A DNA stretch of 64,000 nt from a virus (Duplodnaviria; Caudoviricetes). This document shows positions 8,189-17,129 of this stretch, piece by piece. Location of the stretch: the IMG/VR virus record IMGVR_UViG_2974656638_000001, positions 1 through 64,000 of that record. One strand, given 5' to 3'. The translations under genes were made by a program, and so were the position numbers. The first letter of the stretch is position 1; every line of letters begins with the position of its first letter. The notes beneath the pieces were generated by a model. It did not search any database. It saw only the letters and a program-made list of their open reading frames with translations, and had not been told where the DNA came from.

Positions 8189-9832
8189 TTGGGACTATTT
8201 GAAAGTATAAGATTAGCGGGGGTAAATAAGAGCGATGCAGTAAAACACATTGAGGTTGATGATAACTACTCCATTGCAATTCAACAAAGGGAACAGGAAC
8301 AAATATCTAAAGCAATGAATAACAAAGAAGTAGCTTATTCTCAACCAGTAATTGGCTCTATGTCTGCTAACCCGGGGTTTAAAACAAAACCTAGTATTCG
8401 TAATAACCAAGATTTACACGGTGTTCTTAAAAAGTTTGGTGGAAACATCATCCTGAACGCAATAATCAATACAAGGTCAAACCAAGTTTCTATGTATTGT
8501 AAACCAGCTAGACACTCTGAGAAGGGTGTTGGTTTTGAGGTTAGATTAAAAGATTTAGATAAGAAGCCTACTTCTCATGATGAAGCAACAATTAAAAGAA
8601 TAGAAAGCTTTATCGAAAAAACAGGAGTAGATAACGATATTAACCGAGATAGCTTTTCTTCCTTTGTTAAAAAAATAGTACGAGACACTTATATGTACGA
8701 CCAAGTAAACTTTGAAAAAGTATTTAACAGGAACCAAAGCATGGTTCGGTTTGTAGCTAAAGACCCAACAACTATATTTTTTGCGACAACAGCAGATGGG
8801 AAAATTCCTGATAACGGTAATCGGTTTGTACAGGTTATAGACCAGAAAATAGTAGCTACGTTTAACGCAAGAGAGATGGCATTTGCCGTAAGGAACCCAC
8901 GGTCTGATATTTATGCTACAGGATACGGGTACCCTGAGTTAGAGATAGCACTTAAGCAGTTTATAGCACATGAGAATACAGAAGCGTTCAACGATAGATT
9001 TTTTAGTCACGGTGGGACAACACGAGGTATTCTACAAATAAAAGCAGCACAACAACAGTCGCAACATGCTTTAGAGATATTTAAAAGAGAATGGAAGAAC
9101 TCGTTAAGTGGTATCAACGGTTCATGGCAAATCCCTGTAGTATCTGCCGAAGACGTTAAGTTTGTAAATATGACACCTTCTGCAAGAGATATGGAGTTTG
9201 AAAAGTGGTTAAATTATCTCATTAATGTTATCTCCGCACTGTATGGCATCGACCCAGCAGAAATAAACATACCTAACAACGGAGGAGCCACAGGTTCAAA
9301 AGGTGGTAGCCTAAACGAAGGAAACTCTGCCGAAAAAAATCAGGCATCCAAGAACAAGGGCTTACAACCATTATTAGGATTTATTGAAGACTTTATAAAT
9401 AAACATATTGTAGCTGAATTTGGAGACAAGTACACATTCCAATTTGTAGGCGGAGACATAAAATCAGAACTAGAGTCGGTTAAGATACTAGCAGAAAAAG
9501 CAAAAGTTGCTATGACAGTAAATGAAGTTCGTAAAGAACTAAACTTACCGGGAGATGTAATTGGAGGGGACATTCCATTAAACGGAGTAATCGTTCAGCG
9601 TATAGGACAACTTATGCAACAAGAGCAGTTTGAGCATGAGAAACAACAGTCTAATTTACAAATGTTACAAGAACAGACAGGTAACAGAGTAAGTACTGAT
9701 GTAGAAGACATTCCTGATGGGAAAGATACAACAGGAGACATAGGAAAAGACGGACAAAGAAAAGATAAAGATAACGCAAACGCTGGTAAACAAGGCATGA
9801 AAGGTGATAAACCTAACGATTGGCAGACCTAA
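8189..9832 (+). CDS. Portal protein
   Basis: YGYPELE and FFSHGGTTRGIL motifs; precedes protease/scaffold/capsid; TTG 8189 preferred (alternative GTG 8177). Confidence 0.93.
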   Translation: MGLFESIRLAGVNKSDAVKHIEVDDNYSIAIQQREQEQISKAMNNKEVAYSQPVIGSMSANPGFKTKPSIRNNQDLHGVLKKFGGNIILNAIINTRSNQVSMYCKPARHSEKGVGFEVRLKDLDKKPTSHDEATIKRIESFIEKTGVDNDINRDSFSSFVKKIVRDTYMYDQVNFEKVFNRNQSMVRFVAKDPTTIFFATTADGKIPDNGNRFVQVIDQKIVATFNAREMAFAVRNPRSDIYATGYGYPELEIALKQFIAHENTEAFNDRFFSHGGTTRGILQIKAAQQQSQHALEIFKREWKNSLSGINGSWQIPVVSAEDVKFVNMTPSARDMEFEKWLNYLINVISALYGIDPAEINIPNNGGATGSKGGSLNEGNSAEKNQASKNKGLQPLLGFIEDFINKHIVAEFGDKYTFQFVGGDIKSELESVKILAEKAKVAMTVNEVRKELNLPGDVIGGDIPLNGVIVQRIGQLMQQEQFEHEKQQSNLQMLQEQTGNRVSTDVEDIPDGKDTTGDIGKDGQRKDKDNANAGKQGMKGDKPNDWQT

Positions 9833-9877
9833 TATTTTGTAGTTCTGCCTTTTAGGTAACTAACTAGTAGAGGTATA

Positions 9878-9908
9878 TGCTATATTAATAACAGAATGTG
9901 TTATAATA
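9878..9908 (+). promoter_or_regulatory. Tandem late-type promoter motifs (TGCTATATTA 9878, TGTTATAATA 9899)
   Basis: Motif matches in the intergenic region. Confidence 0.6.
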
Positions 9909-9930
9909 GATATGAGAGGTGATTTCTTAA

Positions 9931-10725
9931 TTGAATAACGTCGTAGAGAAAGAGATGAAAATCTTTGTACCTATTGATATTGAAGGTTCTTTAGAAAAAT
10001 CCCATAAGGGAGATGACAAGGACTGGTATGTTAAAGGTTACGCATCTACACCTGCTCTAGACTTACAGGGAGAAATGGTTAACCCTGCTGGAATAGACAT
10101 TGGTTATTTTGTAGATAATGGTTACATTAACTTTGAGCATAGACAAGAACCAGACTATGTAGTTGGAGTTCCTACAAGTAACTGTTATGTAGACTTCCAA
10201 AAAGGTCTGTTCGTTGAAGCAAGACTGTTTAAAGACAACGAACACGCCCAATCTATGTGGAAGTTAGCTAACAGCATTAGTAAGACAGGTATTGATAGAC
10301 AACTTGGTTTTTCTATCGAAGGTGCAATAAGAAAGAGAAACACAGATGACAGCCGAATTATTGAAGAGGTTGTAATCAAAAATGTAGCAGTCACAATGAA
10401 CCCAGCAAACCCAGAAGCTACGTGGGAAACATTTATGAAATCATGGACTACTGGACATGGAACAACACCTGATACGCAAGTAAATGCAGGAGCTTTAAGA
10501 AGAGAGAGCTTAGCTAACAGCATATCAGTACTAGCATCAGCATACAAAATTTCTGACCCTATTGAATTTGACAACTTATGGAAAGATGTAAGTAAGTTTT
10601 TAGATGAAAAAGGAGAGTATAACGAGAATGAGGCAATAGTTATGTTACAATTAGCTAAAGGCGTTTCTCGTGTAAGTGCATGTGAGTCTTTAATGAATAG
10701 ACGAAAGGGGAAACAAAATGAATAA
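9931..10725 (+). CDS. Prohead (maturation) protease
   Basis: KGYAST..DLQGE, NFEH, GFSIEG, VAVTMNPAN (HK97/S78-type protease motifs). Confidence 0.9.
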   Translation: MNNVVEKEMKIFVPIDIEGSLEKSHKGDDKDWYVKGYASTPALDLQGEMVNPAGIDIGYFVDNGYINFEHRQEPDYVVGVPTSNCYVDFQKGLFVEARLFKDNEHAQSMWKLANSISKTGIDRQLGFSIEGAIRKRNTDDSRIIEEVVIKNVAVTMNPANPEATWETFMKSWTTGHGTTPDTQVNAGALRRESLANSISVLASAYKISDPIEFDNLWKDVSKFLDEKGEYNENEAIVMLQLAKGVSRVSACESLMNRRKGKQNE

Positions 10726-11620
10726 CAGTGAAGAAAAGTTCGAAGATGTTTTAAACGAATTTGGTAATACAGTAGAAAAAGATAAAGAAGAAATTTCTAA
10801 GTCTACCGAAGAAAAAGAGGAGGTTACAGATATTAATAAAGATAAAAAATCAGAAGAAGAAACTGCTGAGGAAGAAGTAACTGAGGCTCCCGAAGTAGAC
10901 GTTGCAGAAGACAAAGAAGTGTCCACTGAGACTCCCGAAGAAGAGTCTACTAGTAAGTCAGCTAAGGAAGAAAAGAAAGAAAAAGATAGTGAAGAAGACA
11001 AGGACGAAGACGAGAACAAAAAAGGTAAGAAAGACAAAAAAGACAAAAAAGAAGAAGACAGCAAAGAAGAAAAAACGGAGAAGTCTGATGAAGAAGATTC
11101 CGAAGAGGCTGTAAAAAATACTAACTCTGATGCAGATATTGCAGGAGCATTGAATGCTGTTGCTAAGTCTTATGAGAATGTTAAAGAAAGCCAAAGAGAG
11201 CAAAATACAACTGTAGAACGCTTAGAGAAGAATATCGGTAGCTTAGTCAGTAAATTAGACAGCTTGGTAGATTTAATGAGTGAACGTGTATCTAAGAGTG
11301 TAGTAGAAGATATTGAAACTCTTGAAGGAGCTAGTGAAAAAGCTGTTGGCTATGTAGCAAAAAACGTAGATAGCAGTGTAGTAGAAGTTATTGAAGGAGA
11401 AGAAACTTCTAAGAGTGTAGATGCAGAAGTGAGTCCTAGAGATGAGTTTCTAGCTAATAAGAGTGCTTTCCTAGAGTCTTTTGAATATGCAAGTCGTAAC
11501 GGTGCTGAGCGTAGAGATTTAACTGATGTTCGTCACGCTCATGGGAACATTACAAATGATATTGCTAGTAAAGCAGATTATAACCGAGTTAACGACTTTA
11601 TGAAAAAATGGAGTAAGTAA
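10718..11620 (+). CDS. Acidic scaffolding protein
   Basis: E/K-rich, low complexity; between protease and capsid; many KS motifs. Confidence 0.75.
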   Translation: MNNSEEKFEDVLNEFGNTVEKDKEEISKSTEEKEEVTDINKDKKSEEETAEEEVTEAPEVDVAEDKEVSTETPEEESTSKSAKEEKKEKDSEEDKDEDENKKGKKDKKDKKEEDSKEEKTEKSDEEDSEEAVKNTNSDADIAGALNAVAKSYENVKESQREQNTTVERLEKNIGSLVSKLDSLVDLMSERVSKSVVEDIETLEGASEKAVGYVAKNVDSSVVEVIEGEETSKSVDAEVSPRDEFLANKSAFLESFEYASRNGAERRDLTDVRHAHGNITNDIASKADYNRVNDFMKKWSK

Positions 11621-11657
11621 TAAAGGTAACTGTATAGAGTATTTTTTGTAAACAGTA

Positions 11658-11670
11658 TGCTATATTATAG
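11658..11670 (+). promoter_or_regulatory. Late promoter for cps (TGCTATATTATAG)
   Basis: Identical 13-mer also at 16039-16051. Confidence 0.8.
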
Positions 11671-11789
11671 GAACATGGGAAACATGTTACGTTATGAGAG
11701 AGCTTGCCCGTTTTAGGACTCCTCCCCTAGGGCAGGTTATCTCACTAACAAAAAAATAAAACTATGAAACTGAAAGGTGATAAATATAA

Positions 11790-13196
11790 ATGCCAAAAAA
11801 TAACAAAGAAGAAGAAGTTAAAGAAGTAAACCTTAATTCAGTACAAGAGGACGCGTTAAAGTCCTTTACAACTGGTTATGGTATCACACCTGATACACAA
11901 ACAGATGCAGGAGCATTAAGACGTGAGTTCCTAGACGACCAAATCTCAATGCTTACTTGGACAGAGAATGATTTAACATTCTATAAAGACATCGCTAAAA
12001 AACCAGCTACATCTACAGTAGCAAAATACGATGTATACATGCAACATGGTAAGGTAGGTCATACTAGATTTACTCGTGAGATTGGGGTAGCACCAGTAAG
12101 TGACCCTAACATCCGTCAAAAAACAGTAAATATGAAATTTGCTTCCGATACTAAAAACATCAGTATCGCAGCAGGTCTAGTAAACAACATTCAAGACCCA
12201 ATGCAAATTTTGACTGACGATGCTATCGTAAATATTGCTAAAACAATTGAGTGGGCTTCATTCTTTGGAGATTCTGACTTATCAGATAGCCCAGAACCAC
12301 AAGCAGGACTAGAATTTGACGGCTTGGCTAAACTTATTAACCAAGATAACGTTCATGATGCTCGTGGAGCTAGCTTGACTGAAAGCTTGTTAAACCAAGC
12401 AGCAGTAATGATTAGTAAAGGTTATGGTACACCTACAGATGCTTACATGCCAGTAGGGGTTCAAGCAGACTTTGTTAACCAACAACTTTCTAAACAAACA
12501 CAGCTTGTTCGTGATAACGGAAACAACGTAAGCGTTGGTTTCAACATCCAAGGTTTCCATTCAGCTCGTGGATTTATCAAACTTCACGGTTCTACAGTAA
12601 TGGAAAACGAACAAATCTTAGATGAACGTATTCTTGCTTTACCAACAGCTCCACAACCAGCTAAGGTAACTGCAACACAAGAAGCAGGTAAAAAAGGACA
12701 ATTTAGAGCAGAAGACTTAGCAGCACACGAATACAAAGTTGTTGTAAGTTCTGACGATGCAGAGTCTATTGCAAGTGAAGTGGCTACAGCTACAGTTACT
12801 GCAAAAGATGACGGCGTTAAACTAGAAATCGAGTTAGCTCCAATGTACAGCTCCCGTCCACAATTCGTTTCAATCTATAGAAAAGGTGCAGAAACAGGTT
12901 TATTCTACCTAATCGCTCGTGTACCTGCTAGCAAAGCAGAGAACAACGTAATCACTTTCTATGACTTAAACGACTCTATTCCTGAAACAGTAGACGTATT
13001 CGTTGGTGAAATGTCTGCTAACGTAGTACACTTGTTTGAATTACTACCAATGATGAGATTACCTCTAGCTCAAATTAACGCATCTGTTACATTTGCAGTT
13101 TTATGGTATGGAGCATTAGCTCTAAGAGCACCTAAGAAATGGGTACGTATTAGAAACGTTAAATATATTCCTGTAAAAAACGTTCATAGCAACTAA
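11790..13196 (+). CDS. cps: Major capsid protein precursor (processed at K|S near residue 24)
   Basis: KSFTTGYGITPDTQTDAGALRREFL; 468 aa; A511-type Cps. Confidence 0.97.
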   Translation: MPKNNKEEEVKEVNLNSVQEDALKSFTTGYGITPDTQTDAGALRREFLDDQISMLTWTENDLTFYKDIAKKPATSTVAKYDVYMQHGKVGHTRFTREIGVAPVSDPNIRQKTVNMKFASDTKNISIAAGLVNNIQDPMQILTDDAIVNIAKTIEWASFFGDSDLSDSPEPQAGLEFDGLAKLINQDNVHDARGASLTESLLNQAAVMISKGYGTPTDAYMPVGVQADFVNQQLSKQTQLVRDNGNNVSVGFNIQGFHSARGFIKLHGSTVMENEQILDERILALPTAPQPAKVTATQEAGKKGQFRAEDLAAHEYKVVVSSDDAESIASEVATATVTAKDDGVKLEIELAPMYSSRPQFVSIYRKGAETGLFYLIARVPASKAENNVITFYDLNDSIPETVDVFVGEMSANVVHLFELLPMMRLPLAQINASVTFAVLWYGALALRAPKKWVRIRNVKYIPVKNVHSN

Positions 13197-13225
13197 TAAT
13201 TATAGGATAATTGAATAAAAACAGT

Positions 13226-13257
13226 ATAGAGAGCAGATAAATACTGCTCTCTATTTT
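13226..13257 (+). terminator. Intrinsic terminator after cps
   Basis: ATAGAGAGCAG-N7-CTGCTCTCTAT plus TTT. Confidence 0.8.
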
Positions 13258-13277
13258 ACTAATAAGGAGGATTTAAA

Positions 13278-13613
13278 TTGCTAAAAAATACAAACTTAGC
13301 TAATTATAAAAAAGTGAATACACGATTTGGAAATCTTAGTTTTGATGATAAAGGTATTTCTAATGACCTAACGGAAGAGCAGCAAAAAGAATTAGGTAAG
13401 CTTAGAGGATTCGAATATATTAAGACAGAACAGAAAACGAAAGAAGAACCTAAGAAAGAAGAACCTAAGAAAGAAAGTACAGAAAATGAATTAGACAGCT
13501 TCTTAGCTAAAGAACCTTCAATCAAAGAATTAAAAGAATTTGCGAGTAAAAAAGGCATTAAAATTGAAAAAACTAAGAAAAATGATATAATTGAAGAACT
13601 AAAGAGAGGGTAA
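13278..13613 (+). CDS. Small protein with a C-terminal Rho-N/HeH-like motif (head completion region)
   Basis: SIKELKEFASKKGI...KKNDIIEEL; KEEPK repeats. Confidence 0.7.
   Translation: MLKNTNLANYKKVNTRFGNLSFDDKGISNDLTEEQQKELGKLRGFEYIKTEQKTKEEPKKEEPKKESTENELDSFLAKEPSIKELKEFASKKGIKIEKTKKNDIIEELKRG
13441..13475 (+). repeat. 15-bp in-frame tandem repeat (about 2.3 copies)
   Basis: AAGAAGAACCTAAGA x2 plus AAGAA. Confidence 0.8.
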
Positions 13614-13619
13614 TGTACA

Positions 13620-14501
13620 ATGTATGGAGGTTATGAAGGACAAGATTCTTACGAATACCCTTACTCACACGGGAACCCTAAGCATGTAGAGCCAGAAAAA
13701 GTTGACGAATATGTTCTTTCTGATTATGGCTGGACTGCGGAAACAATTAAAGCATACATGTATGGTGTTCGTGTAGTAGACCCTGAAACAGGAGAGGAAA
13801 TGGGAGACACCTTCTACAATCATATTATAGAGGTTGCCGTTGATAAGGCAGAGAAAGAACTAGATATAGCTATTCTCCCAAGACGGGAGTCAGAACACCA
13901 CGATTATAACCAAACAGAATTTAGTAGTTATATGTATACCCATGTTCATAAAAAACCTATCTTACAAGTGGATGACTTAAAACTAGAAATGAATGGTAGG
14001 GCAATATATAGATACCCTGCTAACTGGTGGAAAGTTTATTGCTTAGCTGGACATATAGAACTGTACCCGACAGCCTTGATGCAGACTTCTCAAAGTATGA
14101 CATATGACTCTGTATTTGGAGGATACCCGCAGTTGGCAGGAACAGCCCCTTCTATAGGTAGAACATATGCCCCTCAAATGATTCATGTAGAATATATAGC
14201 AGGTATGCTACCAAGGAAAAGAGCAGGTGTTAGTCGTGACTGGGAAGTACCTGCTGCATTAGAACAGTTAGTAACTAAATATGCTTTAGTAGAAATATTC
14301 CAAGTTTGGGGTAGACTTATCATCGGAGCAGGTATTGCTAGTAGAACACTAGTTTACGACGGAGTTTCAGAGTCTATTGATACAACTCAGTCTGCCATGT
14401 ATACAGGTTCAGCAGCAGATATTGAGCTTATAAATAAAGACATAGACAGTTTAGTAGCTCAACTGCGTTCTCACTTTGGAATAAACATGATTGGACTATA
14501 A
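13620..14501 (+). CDS. Head-tail adaptor/neck protein
   Basis: Synteny; WGRLIIGAGIAS...DGVSESIDTTQSAMY motif. Confidence 0.75.
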   Translation: MYGGYEGQDSYEYPYSHGNPKHVEPEKVDEYVLSDYGWTAETIKAYMYGVRVVDPETGEEMGDTFYNHIIEVAVDKAEKELDIAILPRRESEHHDYNQTEFSSYMYTHVHKKPILQVDDLKLEMNGRAIYRYPANWWKVYCLAGHIELYPTALMQTSQSMTYDSVFGGYPQLAGTAPSIGRTYAPQMIHVEYIAGMLPRKRAGVSRDWEVPAALEQLVTKYALVEIFQVWGRLIIGAGIASRTLVYDGVSESIDTTQSAMYTGSAADIELINKDIDSLVAQLRSHFGINMIGL

Positions 14502-14518
14502 GAGAGGAGAATGTTTAA

Positions 14519-15337
14519 ATGGCAGAGCCTACTAGATTTTCAAGTGATACTCCTATTAAAAACCTAACAACACAAAAAGTAGAGTACAACATATCACAGC
14601 ATAGAAAGTTTATTAAAGACCGTAGTATCCATACGTTATGGGAAAGAGCTTATTTATGCCCTTGTATGAACAAGTCCTCGGGTTCTGCTGACTCTTCTTG
14701 TCAAAGATGCCATGGTAGGGGATGGGCGTATTTACCAGCTAAGCCCGCAAATATGATTATTCAAGGACAGGAAAAAGGGGTTACTAACACAGACCTAGGA
14801 CTATATGACTCAGGAACGGCTATCGGTACAAATGATTTTGATGCTAGAATGGCTTTTAGGGACAGAATAACAGTACCTGATGTTAAAATAGGTCAATCCC
14901 TTATCTACTCTATAACCGAAAGCAGACAAAAACGAGGTATATTTTTAACATATGACGTTGATACTATAGACTTTATAACAAGTATGGAAAGAGAACTAAT
15001 AGAAGGTAAAGACTACACCTTTGATAAACACAGTAATAAACTATTCCCTGATATTAGTTTGATAGGTGAAGTTATATCTTTAAACGTATCTGTTACTCTA
15101 AGGTATATTGTTATTGACTTACTAAAAGAAAGTCGCTATCAGTACACCACATTAAATAGAACAGACCCTAAGTTTGAGCAGTTGCCTCAGAAGTTATTAC
15201 TAAAAAGAGAAGACACTATTGTATTACCTGAACCATTTGTACTTGATGCTGATACAGAGACTAGAGTAGAGTTAGTTAATGACCCTAAAAGGAAACCAAG
15301 ACAACAAGGCGGGTTCTACGAAGGGATGTTTGACTAG
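14519..15337 (+). CDS. Head completion (stopper) protein
   Basis: WERAYLCPC...CQRCHGRG; synteny. Confidence 0.7.
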   Translation: MAEPTRFSSDTPIKNLTTQKVEYNISQHRKFIKDRSIHTLWERAYLCPCMNKSSGSADSSCQRCHGRGWAYLPAKPANMIIQGQEKGVTNTDLGLYDSGTAIGTNDFDARMAFRDRITVPDVKIGQSLIYSITESRQKRGIFLTYDVDTIDFITSMERELIEGKDYTFDKHSNKLFPDISLIGEVISLNVSVTLRYIVIDLLKESRYQYTTLNRTDPKFEQLPQKLLLKREDTIVLPEPFVLDADTETRVELVNDPKRKPRQQGGFYEGMFD

Positions 15338-15954
15338 TGAAACAGAGTACACAGAGACCATCTCTATTCAATAATCCAAAGCAGGTAATGAGAAATATGG
15401 CAAGAGCTATAGAATCAGATGTTATTGCAACAGGAGCTCAAGAGGCATCTCGTATACCCAATGTAGAGATTAAAATTATGCCTAAGTATTTAGAAGTAAC
15501 TGAAAAGAGAATGGAAAAAAATGGTGTAATTGACCTTAAACCTTATTTTGCTAAAAGTAATAAAAAGAAATGGAATCAAGAAGGTAACTGGTACTTAGTA
15601 ATCCCTATAAGATTAAAGACAAGAGATATGTCTCGAAAATTATATGATGACTTAAGGAAACAGTCTTCCCCACCAGTTGGAAGTTCAACAACAATTGTAT
15701 CAGATTTCCTATATGACCGCAGAAGAACGAGCCCTAGTGTCCCTTCTATAAACTATAATCCAAAGTCAAATAATGTTACAAAAAAACGTATTAGTAACAG
15801 TAGAACAACATATACAGTATACCGTACAGTAACTGCTAAGTCACCTGCTAATAGTTGGATTGTTAACAGGGACAGGGTTAATGAAGAGGATATGAGTAAA
15901 ACGATGTTAGACAGAATAGACAGGCTAATGAAATGGAAGCTTAAAAACTTGTAG
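15337..15954 (+). CDS. Neck/tail completion protein
   Basis: Basic 205-aa protein; synteny. Confidence 0.6.
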   Translation: MKQSTQRPSLFNNPKQVMRNMARAIESDVIATGAQEASRIPNVEIKIMPKYLEVTEKRMEKNGVIDLKPYFAKSNKKKWNQEGNWYLVIPIRLKTRDMSRKLYDDLRKQSSPPVGSSTTIVSDFLYDRRRTSPSVPSINYNPKSNNVTKKRISNSRTTYTVYRTVTAKSPANSWIVNRDRVNEEDMSKTMLDRIDRLMKWKLKNL

Positions 15955-15966
15955 AGGAGGAGTACA

Positions 15967-16806
15967 ATGCCTATTCCAAGCCTTGATTCTTATGTAGCAA
16001 GAAGAGTAAGAGAGAGCCTTAAAATTATGCTTTCAGAGTGCTATATTATAGAGGAAGCTTTGAGTGACATGGATGTCGAAGCAAAAAGTAACTTTATGAA
16101 GACATATTGTGGAGATAATCCTAAAAAAGAAATAGAAGTGATATACGAGTTCCCTCAGGCAAAAACATCAGTAGATGCTACTTATGTAATTCAGCTAGGA
16201 GGAGGTTCCGAAGATACTAAAAGCATCGGCGGTATTGAAGGTACTTACGAGTATAAAGAGGATTCTTTAAGAAAAGAGACAGTAGTTGCTACTAGAGAAG
16301 GAACCGAGTTATTTCTAGAAACAAAAGAGCTAATTGGAAGTATAGAGGGAATACCTAATTTATCCTTTTCAGAAAGTGATAATAAACGAATAGAAGGTAA
16401 ACGATTATACTTCTCTTATGAAGGTAATGCAGATATTGAGGGAGTTTCCTTCGATATTATCTATACAAGTAAAGTAGACCTAGAGAGCGACCCCGTTGGA
16501 CTAAAAAAAGGGTTTACTTCTAGAGACAATATCACTGTTGTAGGTTTAAGCACTAACATGGATACTGCAAGGTGCCTAGATGCTATCTTAAAAGTTATCC
16601 TTATTATCATGAGAGAAAACTTAGAAGAGAAGAGTTACTACTCCCTACAAACAACTCAGTTTTCCGATATGTCTCCTGTAATTATGGGAGAGGAAAAACC
16701 TGTATTTGGTAGACCTGTAACAATGAGTTACACTATATCATATACTGTAGACTTTAATCTAGTCAACCAAATAAATAAAATTATAGTACAGGAGCGTAAT
16801 AAGTGA
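15967..16806 (+). CDS. Tail terminator/completion protein
   Basis: Synteny, two genes upstream of the sheath. Confidence 0.65.
   Translation: MPIPSLDSYVARRVRESLKIMLSECYIIEEALSDMDVEAKSNFMKTYCGDNPKKEIEVIYEFPQAKTSVDATYVIQLGGGSEDTKSIGGIEGTYEYKEDSLRKETVVATREGTELFLETKELIGSIEGIPNLSFSESDNKRIEGKRLYFSYEGNADIEGVSFDIIYTSKVDLESDPVGLKKGFTSRDNITVVGLSTNMDTARCLDAILKVILIIMRENLEEKSYYSLQTTQFSDMSPVIMGEEKPVFGRPVTMSYTISYTVDFNLVNQINKIIVQERNK
16039..16051 (+). promoter_or_regulatory. Intragenic late promoter, likely driving tsh and the tube gene
   Basis: Exact copy of the 13-mer TGCTATATTATAG found before cps. Confidence 0.7.
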
Positions 16807-17126
16807 TGGCAGAAAAAAAAGAGGTAACTAAAGAACCTATTGTAGACGAAGTAAAAGTAACAAAGAAGAACCTTAAGGAACCTACAACAGAAGAAAATAA
16901 AGTAGTGAAGAAAAAACTTAAAGAAGAACAAACAGATACTGTAGAGAAAGTTACTACAGGATATGTTCATATAGATGTATTCCTTGGAACAGCCAAGCCG
17001 TGGTACGGTTTATCAGAAATGCAAGTACAAGGGTTTAAATCTTTTATGCAAGGGAAACAATACCAGTTCGGTGAACAGGCTTTTGTTCCTTATTTAGAAA
17101 AATATCTAGGAAGGGAAGTAAAATAA
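16803..17126 (+). CDS. Small conserved virion-region protein
   Basis: Acidic N-terminus; YVHID...FKSFM...YLEKYLG C-terminus. Confidence 0.7.
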   Translation: MMAEKKEVTKEPIVDEVKVTKKNLKEPTTEENKVVKKKLKEEQTDTVEKVTTGYVHIDVFLGTAKPWYGLSEMQVQGFKSFMQGKQYQFGEQAFVPYLEKYLGREVK

Positions 17127-17129
17127 AAT

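Noticed and set aside
10800-11110. A/G-rich repetitive stretch as a repeat array or origin
   Set aside because: Explained by Glu/Lys/Asp codons of the scaffold protein.
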